Origin: Vicugna vicugna | Taxonomy: Eukaryota | Assembly (NCBI GenBank): GCA_013265495.1 | Contig: MU058198.1 | Location: forward strand, 3,236,419-3,300,418 | Direction: 5' to 3' | DNA: 64,000 nt | Shown here: one piece after another, positions 11,300 to 26,070 of the stretch | Numbering within the stretch: the first letter of the stretch is position 1 | Layout of the letters: every line of letters starts with the position of its first letter | Notes under the pieces: model-generated | Seen by the model: only the letters and a program-made list of their open reading frames with translations | What the model was told of the DNA's origin: nothing | Databases searched by the model: none | Translations under genes and position numbers: made by a program

Positions 11300-14135
11300 T
11301 TAAACAGCCCACGCAGAAACAATCTGAGCCTACCTCAGACTGTACACAAAAATTAATTCAAGATGGACCATAGAACTAAATGTAAAGCCTAAACAAGCTT
11401 CTAGAAGAAAACAAGGGAACCCTCCTACACTGTTGGTGGGAATGTAAACTGGTGCGGCCAATATGGAAAACAGGATGAAAGCTCCTTAAAAAACTAAAAA
11501 TAGAACAAAAAAAGAGCAAAAAACTAAAAACAGAGTTACCATATGACCCAGCAATTCCACTCCTGGGCATATATCTAGAGGAAACTCTAATTTGAAAAGA
11601 TACATGCACCCCAATGTTCATAGCAACACTACTTACAATAGCCAAGACATGGAAGCAACCTAAATGTCCATCAACAGATGAATGAATAAAGAAGATGTGG
11701 TGTATATACACAATGGAATACTTCTCAGTCATAAAAAAGAATGAAATGCCATTTGCAGCAACATGGATGGACCTAGAGACTGTCATACTAAGTGAAGTCA
11801 GTCAGAGAAAGGCAAATACCATATGATATCCCTTTTATGTAGAATCTAAAAAAAAGGACACAAATGAACTTATTTATGAAATAGAAATAAGACTCACCTA
11901 GAAAACAAATTTATGGTTACCAAAGGGGAAAAAAAATTCTAATATGAAAATATCTTATAGTAACTTGTGGTGAAAAAGAATATGAAAGCAAATATATGTA
12001 TGTGCATGTATGACTGAAACATTATGCTGTACACCAGAAATTGACACAACACTGTAAAATGACTATACTTCAGTAAAAATATATTTTAAAAAATTTAAAT
12101 ACCAAAGGGGAAAGGGGATGGGAAGGGATAAATTAGGAGATTGAGATTAGCGGATACAAACTACTCTATACAAAATAAACAACAAGGTCCTACTGTATAG
12201 CATAGGGAACTACACTCAATATCCTGTAATAAACTATAATGGAAAAAAAGAAAAGGTACACATATATGTATGACTGAATCACTTTGCTGTACACCAGAAA
12301 CTAACACAATATTGTAAATCAACTATACTTCAATAAAATTTTTTAAATTTTAAACACATATAGGTATATGTATATTTATTGCACAAAAACAGATTGTACT
12401 CTGCTTTTCTTCTTTCAAAACTACATTGTGAACATCTTTCCATGTCAGACAAAGCATTACTTTTAAAGGCTAACCCCCCTACAGAAAATCAAGAGTAATA
12501 CTTCTGCTCAAGCCACAGGCTGAAAGGAAATATCTACAAAACATACCTGATAAAGGACTTATATCTGGAATATATAAAGAACTTCTACAATTCAATACTA
12601 ACAAAGCAAATAACGCAATTTTTAAAAATGGACAGAAGACGTGAACAGACGCTTCACAAGGAAGAAACACAAATGACCAATAAGCACAGGAAAAGATGTT
12701 CAGCATCCTTAGTCATCAGGGAAATGCAAATTAAAAAGTTAGATACCACAACACATCCACCAGAATGGCTAAGATTACGAAGACTGGCAACACCTCATGT
12801 TAGCAAGGATGTGGGGCAATCAGAACTCTGACACACTTGTGCTGTGGGAATGCAAAAAGCACAACCACTTGGGAAAAGTGCCAACTTCTTATAAATCTAA
12901 ATACGGACCTACTCTGTAATCCAGCAATTCCACTCCCACGTCTTTACCCAAGAGATATGAACCTGTGTTGTGCACAGAAAGACTTAACAGAGCAATGTTT
13001 AGAGCAGCTTTATTTATGATTGCACCAACTTGGAAATAGCCCAAGTATCCATCAATAAGAGACTGAATAAATAAAAGTGTGGTATGTTCAGACCATGAAT
13101 GTAAGAATGTTCAGTGATAAAAAGGAACAAACTACTGAAACAGATAACAACATGAATAAATCTCTGAAACCATGCTGAAGGAAAGAAGCCTCACCAAAAG
13201 AACATACACTGTATGATTTCACTTACTTGAAATTCCAAAATGAGCTAAATTAATTTACGGTGTGGGAAAACAATCAGAACGGTGGTTGCCTTCAGGGATG
13301 CTGGTACAAAGACTGACTGGGAAGTAACACAAGAGAACTTCCTAGGGTGACAGTCATGTTCTGCATCTTGGTAGGAGATTAGGTGAAATTGTATTTGTCA
13401 AAACTAATCAAGTGGCATATTTAAGATCATTGTATTCCACAATTTTATCTTTAAAAAAACCCAGTAAACAAATATTAAACTCTAGTTAAGAATATGTATA
13501 CCCTGAAGTGAATGACATTTGCAACTTACTTTGAAATGAATCAAAAAATGAGATGGGTCAATGAACAGATAGATGGACCAATTTGTAATAAAGCAAATAT
13601 AGCAAAATGTTCATGGTAGAACACAGGAGGTGAGTACATGGGTGCTCACTGTACAATTCTTTCAAATTTCTTCTGTGTTAGAAATTTTTCATATTAAAAT
13701 ACTGGGGGGTAAAAAAGAATAAAATAATGCCACTAGGAGCAACATGGATGGACCTGGAGATCATACTGAGTGAAGTTAAGCCAGAAAGAGAAGGTAAAAT
13801 ACCACATGATATCACTCATATGTGGAATCTTTTAGGACACAAATGAACTTATTTACAAAACAGAGACAGACTCTCAGACACAGAAAACAAACTTATGGTT
13901 ACCAGTGGGGAAAGGGGGTGGGGAGGGATAAATTGGGAGTTCAGGATTTGTAGATACGAACTACTATATATAAAATAGATAAACAACAACATCCTACTGT
14001 ACAGCACAGGGAACTGTATTCCATATCTTGTAATAACCTATAATGAAAAAGAACATGAAAAGGAATATGAATCTTTATGCTGTACTCCAGAAATTAACAC
14101 AACATTGTAAATTGACTATACCTCAATTTAAAAAA
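11300..14135 (+). mobile_element. Stacked L1 3' fragments (ORF2 C-terminus / 3'UTR), several nested copies
   Basis: Repeated CCAGCAATTCCACTCC, CAACATGGATGGACCT and GACTATACTTCAATAAAA motifs. Confidence 0.8.
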
Positions 14136-15819
14136 TACATATGCCGTTGCTGGAAAGACCAGACGAAGTGGCTCTCAAAAAATCCTTACTTACTGATTTT
14201 GTTTCATTTGATAATTCAAGAGCTAATTTGACACAGACTATTATTTCATCCTATTACTGCAAGTATCATAATGACCACCTTAACAAAATATTCTAGATAA
14301 ATGGTTGATAAGTGACTGGAAAATCATCTTGGATAATTGAATATTGAAATTTTCCACAAAATTAAGTGTGTCTTTGTAGGAGGAAGAGGAGCTTAGAAAC
14401 AGAATTTAAGCTATTTTGGATAATGGCTTTCCAGCTATACACCTGAACAGTCTCCAGGATAATTATCAAATTAACTGATTGATTTGATGCTAGCATGTAT
14501 TCCCCGCCTTGTGCATTTCAAAAATACCTATGTCCACAGAGTTTTACAACTACGAGTGTTGTAGGACCAGCTTTGATACGGGTCAAGGTATTTGAAATGT
14601 TTATTAAACTAGTTTGTATTCAGTTTCTTTCAAAATGTCAGTGACTGTGGAAAGAAGTAAAAAAGACCTAACTGTTGGTGCTTTCTCTTTTCCCACCGAT
14701 TTGTACCTAAGAATAAATTTCAGAGATAAATATATATATGAATAAAAATTAAAATATATATATACACACACACATATATAGAGGGGAAAAAAATCTTCAC
14801 AGACACATTTACCCTGGCACCTTCGGTTTTCGTCTGCACTATACTGAGCTTCCAGAGAGGATGGTCACCTACCATGCTCACATTCTCAAAAGAAAATTGG
14901 CCACGGGACAAAAGTATAAATCAGCATAAATTTATGCCTTACAAAATTTGGGACGAGGCCCAAATAGAAGTGTGAGAAGTCTGTATCTTCTTCTGAGATG
15001 ACGAAGGGCATTTGCACATGTGTCCGTGAACTGGTTTCATCCTCATGATACAAGCAGTGGACCAGGCAAGGTCACAGCAATGAGTGGGGATGGGCAGGGT
15101 CACTGAAAATGGATGATTATATAAAAACTGTGAAACTTCTACAGGAGGTTGTTTTCCATTTTGTTTGTTTGTTTGTTCATTTTTTGTTTTTGTTTTTTTA
15201 AGTCTGAATGAGGCTGGTTCAGGACAAAGAAATGAGGATGGAGAAGAGTCTTTCAACCAGCTTGAGTGACATGGCCCTGTAGGAGAAATTCTCTCCAACC
15301 ACAGTCGAGTTCATTCCAGCAAACAACTGACAAATATTTGAATCGATTCACAACTAATTTTGAAGAAAATATAATAAGCCACACCATACACAGGCCTAGC
15401 TAGTCTTCCTCAGACACAGACAGTCTTTTTCCCCTTTTAAAAAGAGCATCTACCACATCTTAAGACAAGGAACAAAGGTTCAGAACTTCATGGCTGAAAA
15501 TGCCTTGAGACTTTGAGAGAGTAAGTGATGGAAAGTTCCTGAAAGTAAATGAAATGAAGTTCCTCTGTCTCACCTCTCCCCTACGTCAGAGGGTGCCCTT
15601 TCAAGTTATACCCTTCCTCTCATTCTTGGCGTATTGCAAGAACAAGGGAAACTAACTTTAAGCCAGGTAATTTCACCCGAAGATAAAAACAATCTTGGTC
15701 ACTCAAGCACCACCTGACTGAGGGCCTCCTGCTTTTAGATCAGAAGATGGTGTTCCCCAGGAGCTCCATGGGCCCTCCTGCAGAACCACAAGCAACACTG
15801 TCCCGTCAGGTTCCACTTA

Positions 15820-16197
<378 letters not shown>

Positions 16198-16811
16198 CTA
16201 AACCCGCCCTGCCCTCCTACCGAGGCAAGCGGTTTACCCCTGCCTACTTGCCCGAGCAGTCAGGTACAAATTGATGTCCACTCGCTTCAAAAAAAAATGG
16301 CAGAAAAAAAAAGTTTTTACAGTCACCTGCTCTGATCATCATCCAGAGCTGGAATCTGCTGTCCTCTAAGTGACCCTTCTCCTTCACTCATGCCCCCAAA
16401 ACATGCCAACATACTTCCATGCAGCGTGCTACCAGAGGTGGGCACGGGGTGTGTTTTACTTCATGACCTAACACGACTGCTTAAAAGACACACGGGCTTG
16501 AGACTTGAAGGAATTAAGTTAGCCAAGGAAGCTGTCAAGATGTGCAGTAACTTCAACAACTCTAGAAAACAGATAAAATTCTTATGGCTTGCTGAGGGCG
16601 TAATAAAGCTTATGACAAAAATGGGAAAAATGAAAACAACCCTTCAATCTGTAAAGGGAAATCCTGCTATAAATACAAAAGAGGCTGAAAATTGGTGACT
16701 TTTCCCAATGTGCTGTTAAATGAATCCACAGGCTGCATCAAGAGCACCACCTACTGGCTAATTTAAAGAAAAAGGCCAGAGGGCATTGGAGGCAAATATT
16801 TTTACCTTTCA

Positions 16812-17000
<189 letters not shown>

Positions 17001-18845
17001 TTAGCAGGTTTTCTGTTGTAGCCAGGAGAAAGAATTCAGCAGGATAAATGTGAACTGAGAGTGAACCAGTATCCAGAAGTTCCTCCCTGGACAGTGAAGT
17101 CACGTGCGGGGATCAAAAATATGAAAAATAAGTAAAGGGCAGAACACGTGACTCAATCCGACACCACAAGCCCTGGCTTGTTCAGGCTAATGCATCAATA
17201 AGCATCTCTGATAGACATAGCTAAGGTTATACATTAGCAAAGTAATCCTGACATGTGAGCAGAAAACTGAGCTGGAATCAGGGCTAGGCTGCAGAAACAG
17301 AGGAGGCTCTCTTGGGAATGAGCACCTCCTTCAATTCTGTGCTTTTGGCAACTCACCTGCCTCACCTCGTCCTGGCCCTGACTAGAATCGAAATCTGTCA
17401 GTGACAAAAAGGCATCTGAAATAACCATCAGTCTACCTCATCACACAGGTGAGGAAACTGTAGCCCAGAGAGTACCAGTCACTTGTAGGTCAATGGCAGG
17501 ACCGCTAAACCATGGGACAGGTTGGACCATATGCTGCTGCTGCCACTGAACAATTTCTGAGCTACAAAAACAGCAAGTTCATATGACTCAGTCTAGTATT
17601 TAAAAGAATGAAAAAATACCGACACAAGCAGACCTTCGGTCAGGTGCCAAGAACAAATCGTGCTCTTCACCTCCCCAGGGCCTTTGTACTTACTATGTTT
17701 GGGATGATCTTCTGGCTCTCGCCTCATCAGAAGGGTCCTTCCCAATCAGATCTTCCCCTTCACAGAACTAGTCACAGCCTTTGTCACCCTTAGTTACTTG
17801 TATAATAGCTTATTGTCTTTCTCACCCTTGGAAATACAAGCTCCAAGAGAACCATGATCCTTCCTGTCTTGCCTCACTGTTTCTAGAAATTAGCACAGCA
17901 CATGATAGGCACTCCAAAAACTGCAGCAAGTTAATGATTGTTTTAAATAGCATGCTTTTCAGCATAAGTAGCACGTTCATGGCAGAAAAAATGGAAAACA
18001 GAGAATATGTCAGAAGAAAAAGAAGCGTAATCCTATCACACTCTGTAAAAACACTCAACATTTTGATGTGTCATCAAAGAATATTTTTAGAAAGAAACAG
18101 CTACAACGTGTACTGCTCTAAATATATAACCACAATCTTAAAAAAAATTACTACCCAACAGAGCAGAATTTGTTATTTCTTGAAACAAATAATAAAGCAG
18201 AATTTGCCAATATAGCAAATCCGTTTAGTAACAGCACTGTAAAAACCTAAAAATAATAATATGGGGGACTTAAGCCCTTAAAGAGGAATTCACGTTTTTC
18301 AAGATCAGTACATTAAATTAAATAGATAAATTTGTAAAACTGAGGGAAGTTCCTGATTTGGACAATAGAAAGAAATAGAAAACCTACTTCGGCAACCACA
18401 GAAGGACTTCTAGGCTCTTGCCAATATAACCAATTCAATTCAAAACCACCAGTGAGTACCTGCTGGGGCAGGGCCCCTGCTAGGTACCGTAGAGCCTCGC
18501 AGTGGACTTGTTATTCCTGCAGCATCCACTGCCCTCCTGCTAACACAACTCTGGTTTTCCTCTGGGCAGCCACACCCCTGCTTTCCATTCCCCTAGATCC
18601 AAATGTTTCCAGTGGAGCTGACTCAACTTATGGCTCCAGGACGTCACCCAGGCCTGGCCTACCAGGGCCCCAGATCCACCTAATCAAAGTAACTGATTCA
18701 GAGGTGCCAAAGCTGCACATGAAATGAAATCAAGATTAATCCCAGGACCTCTTCTTGAGCTGTGAGAACGGAGGCCTAGAGCTGCAATGGCCACCACGTG
18801 AGACTGTGCCTTGAAGTAAAGCCAATGAACAGAAAGGCAGAGCCT

Positions 18846-19015
18846 AATTGGGAGTTTGGGATTTGCGGGTACTAACTACTATATATAAAACAGATAAACA
18901 GCAAGGTGCTACTGTACAGCACTATAGGGAACTATATTCAATACCCTGTAATAGCCTATAATGAAAAAGAATATGTACACATATATGTATATGTTTATGT
19001 AAATGAATCACTATG
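18846..19015 (+). mobile_element. L1 3'-end fragment running into the assembly gap
   Basis: GGGAGTTTGGGATTTG...GGGAACTATATTCAATACCCTGTAATAGCC. Confidence 0.75.
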
Positions 19016-19570
19016 NNNNNNNNNNNNNNNNNNNNNNNNNNNNNNNNNNNNNNNNNNNNNNNNNNNNNNNNNNNNNNNNNNNNNNNNNNNNNNNNNNNNN
19101 NNNNNNNNNNNNNNNNNNNNNNNNNNNNNNNNNNNNNNNNNNNNNNNNNNNNNNNNNNNNNNNNNNNNNNNNNNNNNNNNNNNNNNNNNNNNNNNNNNNN
19201 NNNNNNNNNNNNNNNNNNNNNNNNNNNNNNNNNNNNNNNNNNNNNNNNNNNNNNNNNNNNNNNNNNNNNNNNNNNNNNNNNNNNNNNNNNNNNNNNNNNN
19301 NNNNNNNNNNNNNNNNNNNNNNNNNNNNNNNNNNNNNNNNNNNNNNNNNNNNNNNNNNNNNNNNNNNNNNNNNNNNNNNNNNNNNNNNNNNNNNNNNNNN
19401 NNNNNNNNNNNNNNNNNNNNNNNNNNNNNNNNNNNNNNNNNNNNNNNNNNNNNNNNNNNNNNNNNNNNNNNNNNNNNNNNNNNNNNNNNNNNNNNNNNNN
19501 NNNNNNNNNNNNNNNNNNNNNNNNNNNNNNNNNNNNNNNNNNNNNNNNNNNNNNNNNNNNNNNNNNNNNN
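19016..19570. other. Assembly gap (555 N)
   Basis: Run of N. Confidence 1.
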
Positions 19571-19745
19571 GCTGTATCAGTCCATACAAGTCCACCCTGT
19601 TTCCACCTAGGTGTAGACAGTGGGCACGAGCTGCCAGGTGTGTTCTGAGAGCCACCTTTCTCTTCCCCCACTCTCTGCTGCTCATCTTCCTGGTTAAATG
19701 CATGGGTATCTATAAACAGCAGCGAGGATAATATCCAAGGTCTTC

Positions 19746-20491
19746 AATACGCAGGGTAGGTACTAACATCAAAACAAGGTCAGTGTGGATACGCTAGCCC
19801 ACTTTCCGTTCACAGGACTTCTTCCAAAGCTTCCCCATGTTACGTCAAATACATTTATCATGCAGAAAGAATGTGAAGTGCCAGGGAAAAACAGCTCTGA
19901 GAAGTCAAAAGCAGTGGCCTTCTGGGATTGGGACTGGGTAGAGAAAGAAAATGTTATTTTTCCCTATGAGACCTTCAGACCTATTTAACTTTTTCAGCAT
20001 TGTAGATGATGAGGAAACATTTTTACTAAATTCAAGGGAAAAAAAAAACAATTAACTCGCTTATGGGTCTGGACTTCCAATTTGTAGTTTAGCAAAATCT
20101 GCTGAGCTTCATGGCTTTAATACGCAGGGTAGGTACTAACATCAAAACAACGTCACTGTGGATACGCTAGCCCACTTTCTGTTCACAGGACTTCTTTCAA
20201 AGCTTCCCCATGTTACATCAAATACATTTATCATGCAGAAAGAATGTGAAGTGCCAGGGAAAAACAGCTCTGAGAAGTCAAAAGCAGTGGCCTTCTGGGA
20301 TTGGGACTGGGTAGAGAAAGAAAATGTTATTTTTCCCTATGAGACCTTCAGACCTATTTAACTTTTTCAGCATTGTAGATGATGAGGAAACATTTTTACT
20401 AAATTCAAGGGAAAAAAAAAACAATTAACTCGCTTATGGGTCTGGACTTCCAATTTGTAGTTTAGCAAAATCTGCTGAGCTTCATGGCTTT
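19746..20491 (+). repeat. Direct tandem duplication, 2 x 373 bp
   Basis: Units start at 19746 and 20119 (AATACGCAGGGTAGG...); about 5 substitutions. Confidence 0.95.
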
Positions 20492-23479
20492 TTAGAAATG
20501 ACGTACCTGTCATTCAAATAGAACCTTTAGGAGTTCCTTAAGAATTATTCCCTTTGGGTGACTGCAAGAGCTACAGGGTCTTGAATGAGAGGTTCAAGAG
20601 AAAGGAAGTAATGTTCACTGAACGCCTCCTTTGGACCAGGAGCTGCGCGCCTGTCTTGTTTAGTCCTCCCAAGAATCGTGCAGTGTGTACTCTATATTCA
20701 TTTTACTGAGCAGGAAGTTGAGGTCTCTGCTAATACATAGCAGCCCAAAGATTTAAAACTAGGTCTGCCCGTCTGCAAAGTCAACAACAGTCCTTCCACT
20801 CTGCCACACTCCTCAGTAAACTGACTAATAAATTGTTAACAACAATGAAATCATTCCCAGAATAGAAACTCCTTAATCTGTTCAAGGCAAACTATGCTCT
20901 GTCCCCACCTCCCTTTCCAGCCTCACCTTTGACCATTTTCCAATGTTCATTCCACTAAAATGGGTTTAATTATTATTCCCAAAACAGTCGCTGAGTTTTC
21001 CCATTTCTGTACCATTCAAATATATGTTATTCCTTCTGCTCTAAATGCTTCTCCACACCTATCAAACTTTTACCCCCAAGGGAAAGTGCTCATGCTATGT
21101 TGTTAACTGGGGGGGAAAAGGATACAAAATTGCATATACTCAATGTACACACTTTCCTTTAAAGATGTATGCATACAAAGGGAAAAAAACTGGAAGAAAA
21201 CACTAAGAGTCATTTCTGGGTGGTGAGTTTACTGGTAAATCATTTCTTTTTTATATTTTTCTCTAATTTTCAAACATTCAATAACCTGTACATGTATCAT
21301 ATAACAGTCAAAAACAATTTAAAAAATTTTTAATTCATCTTTCATGGTTCTACTCATATACTAGATACTTCATGAAAGCTTCCTTGATTTTCCTTCATGC
21401 TGGGGAGGCCGGAGGCAGTTTGCACATTCCAGCCCGTTAATGAAACTATTTGTGTTTTCTACCAGCCTCGCCCTCAACCAAGCTGTGGGGCCTTTGAAGG
21501 GTAGCAATCTTATGCATTTTTGTATTCCCCGCCATTCCTCATGTAACTAACATTTTTAAATGATATTTACAAGTTGGTTACCCCTTTGAAAATTCCTACT
21601 TTGATTATACCAGATGGGAACCACAAAAAAGCAAGCAAACTTGATCTCCTATACATTCATGTATTTCGTGGTTTAAGGAATAAGAAAATTATTTGCTAAA
21701 TATCAGCATTCAACACATAGCAATGGACTCTGTGGGTCTAATATCAAGCAGTTTCTGACGTATTTCCCTTAGGGCAGAGGAAATGACTAAACAAAGCACT
21801 TGCTTCCAGGCTTATGGATGACAAGGCAGGGAGACAGTTTCAGCAGTCTCCCACTATATATACTGAAGCACCATCTCTGGCTCCCATCTGCCCCCTTCTG
21901 GCCAAAACCTAGATGCCACAGCCTTAGAATTTAACAAAGGAAAGGAAACAAAAAGAAAAACAAAAGCAAACCTGAGCTAACAGGTGCCCAACCTTTTTAT
22001 ATCTGCTTTGTTCCCCCTTCATTTCTGGGAAGCCCAAAAAGCTTCTGAGAAGGAAAAGCTGTAACAGTAACCAGTGTGGCGATAACCCGGCTAGACTCCA
22101 AAGACCTGCCAACAGACCTTCCTGTAGTGGGCAGGAATCCATGAGTTACAAAGGCACTACGTGCTTTTAAAACGCTTAATACTTTCATCAGATCACTTCA
22201 AGAAATGAATGTTCCTGCCACATGTAAAATTATGCTACAAAAAGTTGCTTCAGTTTATCAACTGGATTCACTGGTTGTATGAAACGAACTAGGCAGGTAT
22301 ACATGAAGATTGTGGGGTAACGTGTTGGGGATGTGCTAATTTACTGGATTTCTCTTTAAAAACTGATAAAGAAGCATCGTAGGCCTTCTAGGAAAGATGA
22401 CTAATTAAAGAGCATGTTACTTTTGCAGAGGAAAAAAACCCTTCCTGATATTCACCAAAATTAACCAGTGAAAGAAAAACACAATGCCATTCATCTGTAC
22501 GGAAGTCAGGAAAATACAAACTTCAGAGAATACCACTGAGATAAGCAATCATTCTGGCCCCCGATGAGCGGGGATGCTGGGAGAACTCTGGACGCACACG
22601 TGGAGAAGTGTGGGAGAAAGGCAAAGACTGGGGGCGAAGGGAGGCCTGGGCAGGCATGGCAAGGCCCGCTTCCACCTCAGCTCAGCAGTGGGACAGCCAC
22701 AGGGCTGCAAAGTGCCATTTCGCCCTTCTGAATCAGCATCCTGCCTACAAAGTGTAGAATCTAGAAGCAAGCCTGATTCAAATTTGTGAATGAAAGCTGT
22801 CAAATACAGCTTACCCCGAAACCAAAGTCCATGATCCTGACCCACAGGGCATTCTTTCAAACCTGATTCCAGCACCAAGTAATCAACTCACCCAGAAGGA
22901 AAGGAAAAAACTTAAGTTCATGGAGCCACCCCCTCCCTGCCGCCCCTACTCCTACTTCTCCAACCTCACATCACTGGATGTACACCCCAACCACACAAAC
23001 GAGCTCCACAGTCTGGAGCTGCATCAAATTCGCGAGAAAATGTGAGGAATAAAGCTGCCAGATGGTGACTTTCCACAGGCCCGACTCCAGTCTTAGAATC
23101 CTGATAATCAGGAGAAGACTCAAAATAAAGAACTGGCAAATGGGGAAGATATAAAATGAAAAGGCTGGAGATGAGTCCCGAATTCATTCTCTTCAGCCAA
23201 CTGAACAGCACAACAGAGAATGTAGCCTTTAAATCAAGGGCAAGAGGAAAGCTCTCAACTAAGTCCAGGTGAACAAGGAGGGGTTTCCAAGGAGATCCCA
23301 CGCTCAATATTTTTCAGTAAATAGTAGACCCAGAAAACAGTGCCTGCATACAAATATGAATAAACAGAAACAAATACAAACAAAAAAAATTCCACAATGT
23401 GACCTATGCAAGAGTACACAGGGGGTGAAAAAGAGAAGGGACAGGGCATGCAGAAGGTGCATCCAGAGAACATGTCAAA

Positions 23480-24100
23480 AACAACCAGAGAGAAGATATT
23501 AAGGAAGCAGAGACATGAACAAACACCACAGGCCAATTAGATCTAACAGTACAGGGCACGCCATCCCACAACAGCAGAATACACATGCTCCTCAAGTGCC
23601 CATGGAACATTCTCCAGGACAGACCACATCCTAGGCCACAATACAAGTCTTAACAAATTTTTAAGGACTAAAATCATATAAATCATACAGCATCTTTTCC
23701 GATCACAACAGAATAAAACTAAAAATCAACAGAAGAAGGAAACCTGGAAAAATCCACAAATGTGTGGAAATTAAACAACACACTCCTGAACAACCAATGG
23801 GTCAAAGAAGATACCACAAGAGAAATTAGAAAGTGACAAATGAAAACAAAAACCTAACATACCAAAACTTACGGGATGCCCCAAGAGCAGCCCCAGGAGC
23901 TGCTCTACAGCTGTACACGCTTACAGTTAAAAAAAAAAAAAACCTCAAATCAACAACCTAAACTCTACATCTTATTGAATTGGGACGGAGGGGAGAACAA
24001 CCTAAACCCAAAGCTAGCAAAAGGGAAGAAATAATAAAGATTAGAGCAGAGATAAGTGAAATAGAGAATATAGAAACAAAACAGAAAATCAACAACACCA
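23480..24100 (+). mobile_element. L1 ORF2 (endonuclease / linker) fragment
   Basis: CATGGAACATTCTCCAGGACAGACCACAT...GGAAATTAAACAACACACTCCTGAACAACCAATGGGTCAAAGAAG. Confidence 0.8.
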
Positions 24101-24124
24101 AGGGTTCTGGACTGTATGCTACTG

Positions 24125-24250
24125 GGGAGACTGTATGTCCCAGCTGGCCCAGGACTGTCTTGGTTTACACCTGTTGTCCCAGTCACATTATTAAAAGCAC
24201 TCCCTTTTCCTCTCAAAGTGTCCTAATTTAATAATAAATTATATGGTCAA
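24125..24250. mobile_element. Short hAT-type MITE (MER96-like)
   Basis: GTCCCAG...CAAAGTGTCCTAATTTAATAATAAATTATATGGTCA pattern. Confidence 0.45.
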
Positions 24251-24444
24251 ATTCAGCCTACTGAAATTTTGTAACGTTTATGTATGGTAAGAACTTAAGC
24301 GTGCACATGTCTGCATATTTATATATACAATTATCTAGCTATAGATTTTTTTCAAAACACTAAATCCTGGTCTCAGCACACCCACCCATCCTAAAACTAA
24401 CTGAAACATCAAACAGAACTCTTAAGATATCAGCACTTCTCTCT

Positions 24445-24945
24445 GCTGCATTATTTACAATATCCAAGATATGGAAACCACCTAAAGGCCCTTCAACTGG
24501 TGAATGGATAAAGACGATGTGATTTCTATAGCAGAATACTACTCAGCCATTAAAAAAAGGATGAAATCTTGCCATTTGCGACAACACGGATAGACCTTGA
24601 GAGTATCACGCTTAGTGAAATAAGTCAGATGGAGAAAAACAAATACCATATGATTTCACTCATGTGTGAACTATAAAAAGCAAACAAACAAAATAAATGA
24701 ACAAATCAAACAAACAAAAACGAACACTTAGATGCAGAGAACAGAGTAGTGGTTACCAGAGGGGAAGAGGCAAAGTCGGTGAAGGGGACCAACTGTATGG
24801 TGATGAACGGATACAGAACTTCTGGTGGCAAGCACGCTGTAGTGTATACAGTGTATGTATATACAGAAATACAATGTTGTACACGTGAAACTTACATAAT
24901 GTTACAAACCAACGTTACTGCAATAAAAAATAAATTTAAAAACAA
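24445..24945 (+). mobile_element. L1 3' end
   Basis: TACTACTCAGCCATTAAAAAAAGGATGAAATCTTGCCATTTGCG...CAATAAAAAATAAA. Confidence 0.8.
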
Positions 24946-25854
24946 TTGGAAAAAAAGGACATCAGAACTTATGATTTCATTGCATCATCAGAAGTGCACC
25001 ATCACAAAAACCAAACTGATGCTACGTCTCAAGAGCCAAGGGAAGAAAGCATTTTCAGAGCAGGAGGGGGAAAAAAACCTTGTTAACTGTTGTTGACAAT
25101 GAGAAGCAGAAAAGTATAAAGTGATACTGGGCCTTTGGGTTTGGTGATGACACCGTTGTTGGAGACCTTCAACAGAAGAGGTGCAGGAGAACCTTACCCC
25201 CAGGGTAGAAGGGCTTGCATGATATATGAGCAAGAGCGCAGGCAGCAGGGCAGTGGATACAGACTACATTCCGCCAACATAAATAGCTGTGAAGGTCAGA
25301 AAACAGCTTTACGGCTGCTGCTTCCTCTTTAACCAATAGTTTTGTGGATGAAAAGGAAAGGGAGAGTCAGATAAACTTACTTGTTGAAAAAACTCACTGG
25401 AAAATAATAAAGCATCGTAACGGTCTCGATAAGGGTCGAAACTCAAATGGTATCCTAAAGACCTGTACATTTCTCTAAACATAAACTTTACCCCCAAAAA
25501 GGAAGACTCATAAACGAACACTGAGCTCTGGTTATTGACGTGAATCCTGAAGTGTTTAGGAGGGACGTGTACTGATGTTTGCGACTTACTTTGAAATGCA
25601 TCCAAAAAATATGATGGATGGATAGAGAGATGGACAGGTGGGTAGATACAGGAGAAGGCAAATGAGGCGGATGCCAACGCTAGGATCTAGATGGTATGTT
25701 CACCGACAGTGATTTCAACTTTTCTGTATTTTGAAGAAGCTCATGTAAAATGCTGAAGAACAGGCAACCACCATAAAGTTAGAGACTGACTTCCAATCTA
25801 TGTGATTTAATCAACGTTAAGACATTCTAAAGGCTGAAGATTCAGAAAGCCTTA

Positions 25855-26070
<216 letters not shown>

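Noticed and set aside
11376..11786. 136-aa minus-strand ORF
   Set aside because: It is the typical antisense translation of an L1 3' region.
18906..19731. Longest ORFs in the track (211-249 aa)
   Set aside because: They are artefacts of translating through the 555-N gap.
19785..20361. Two near-identical 67-aa ORFs as a gene pair
   Set aside because: They are a by-product of the 373-bp duplication, start at GTG and show no recognisable protein.
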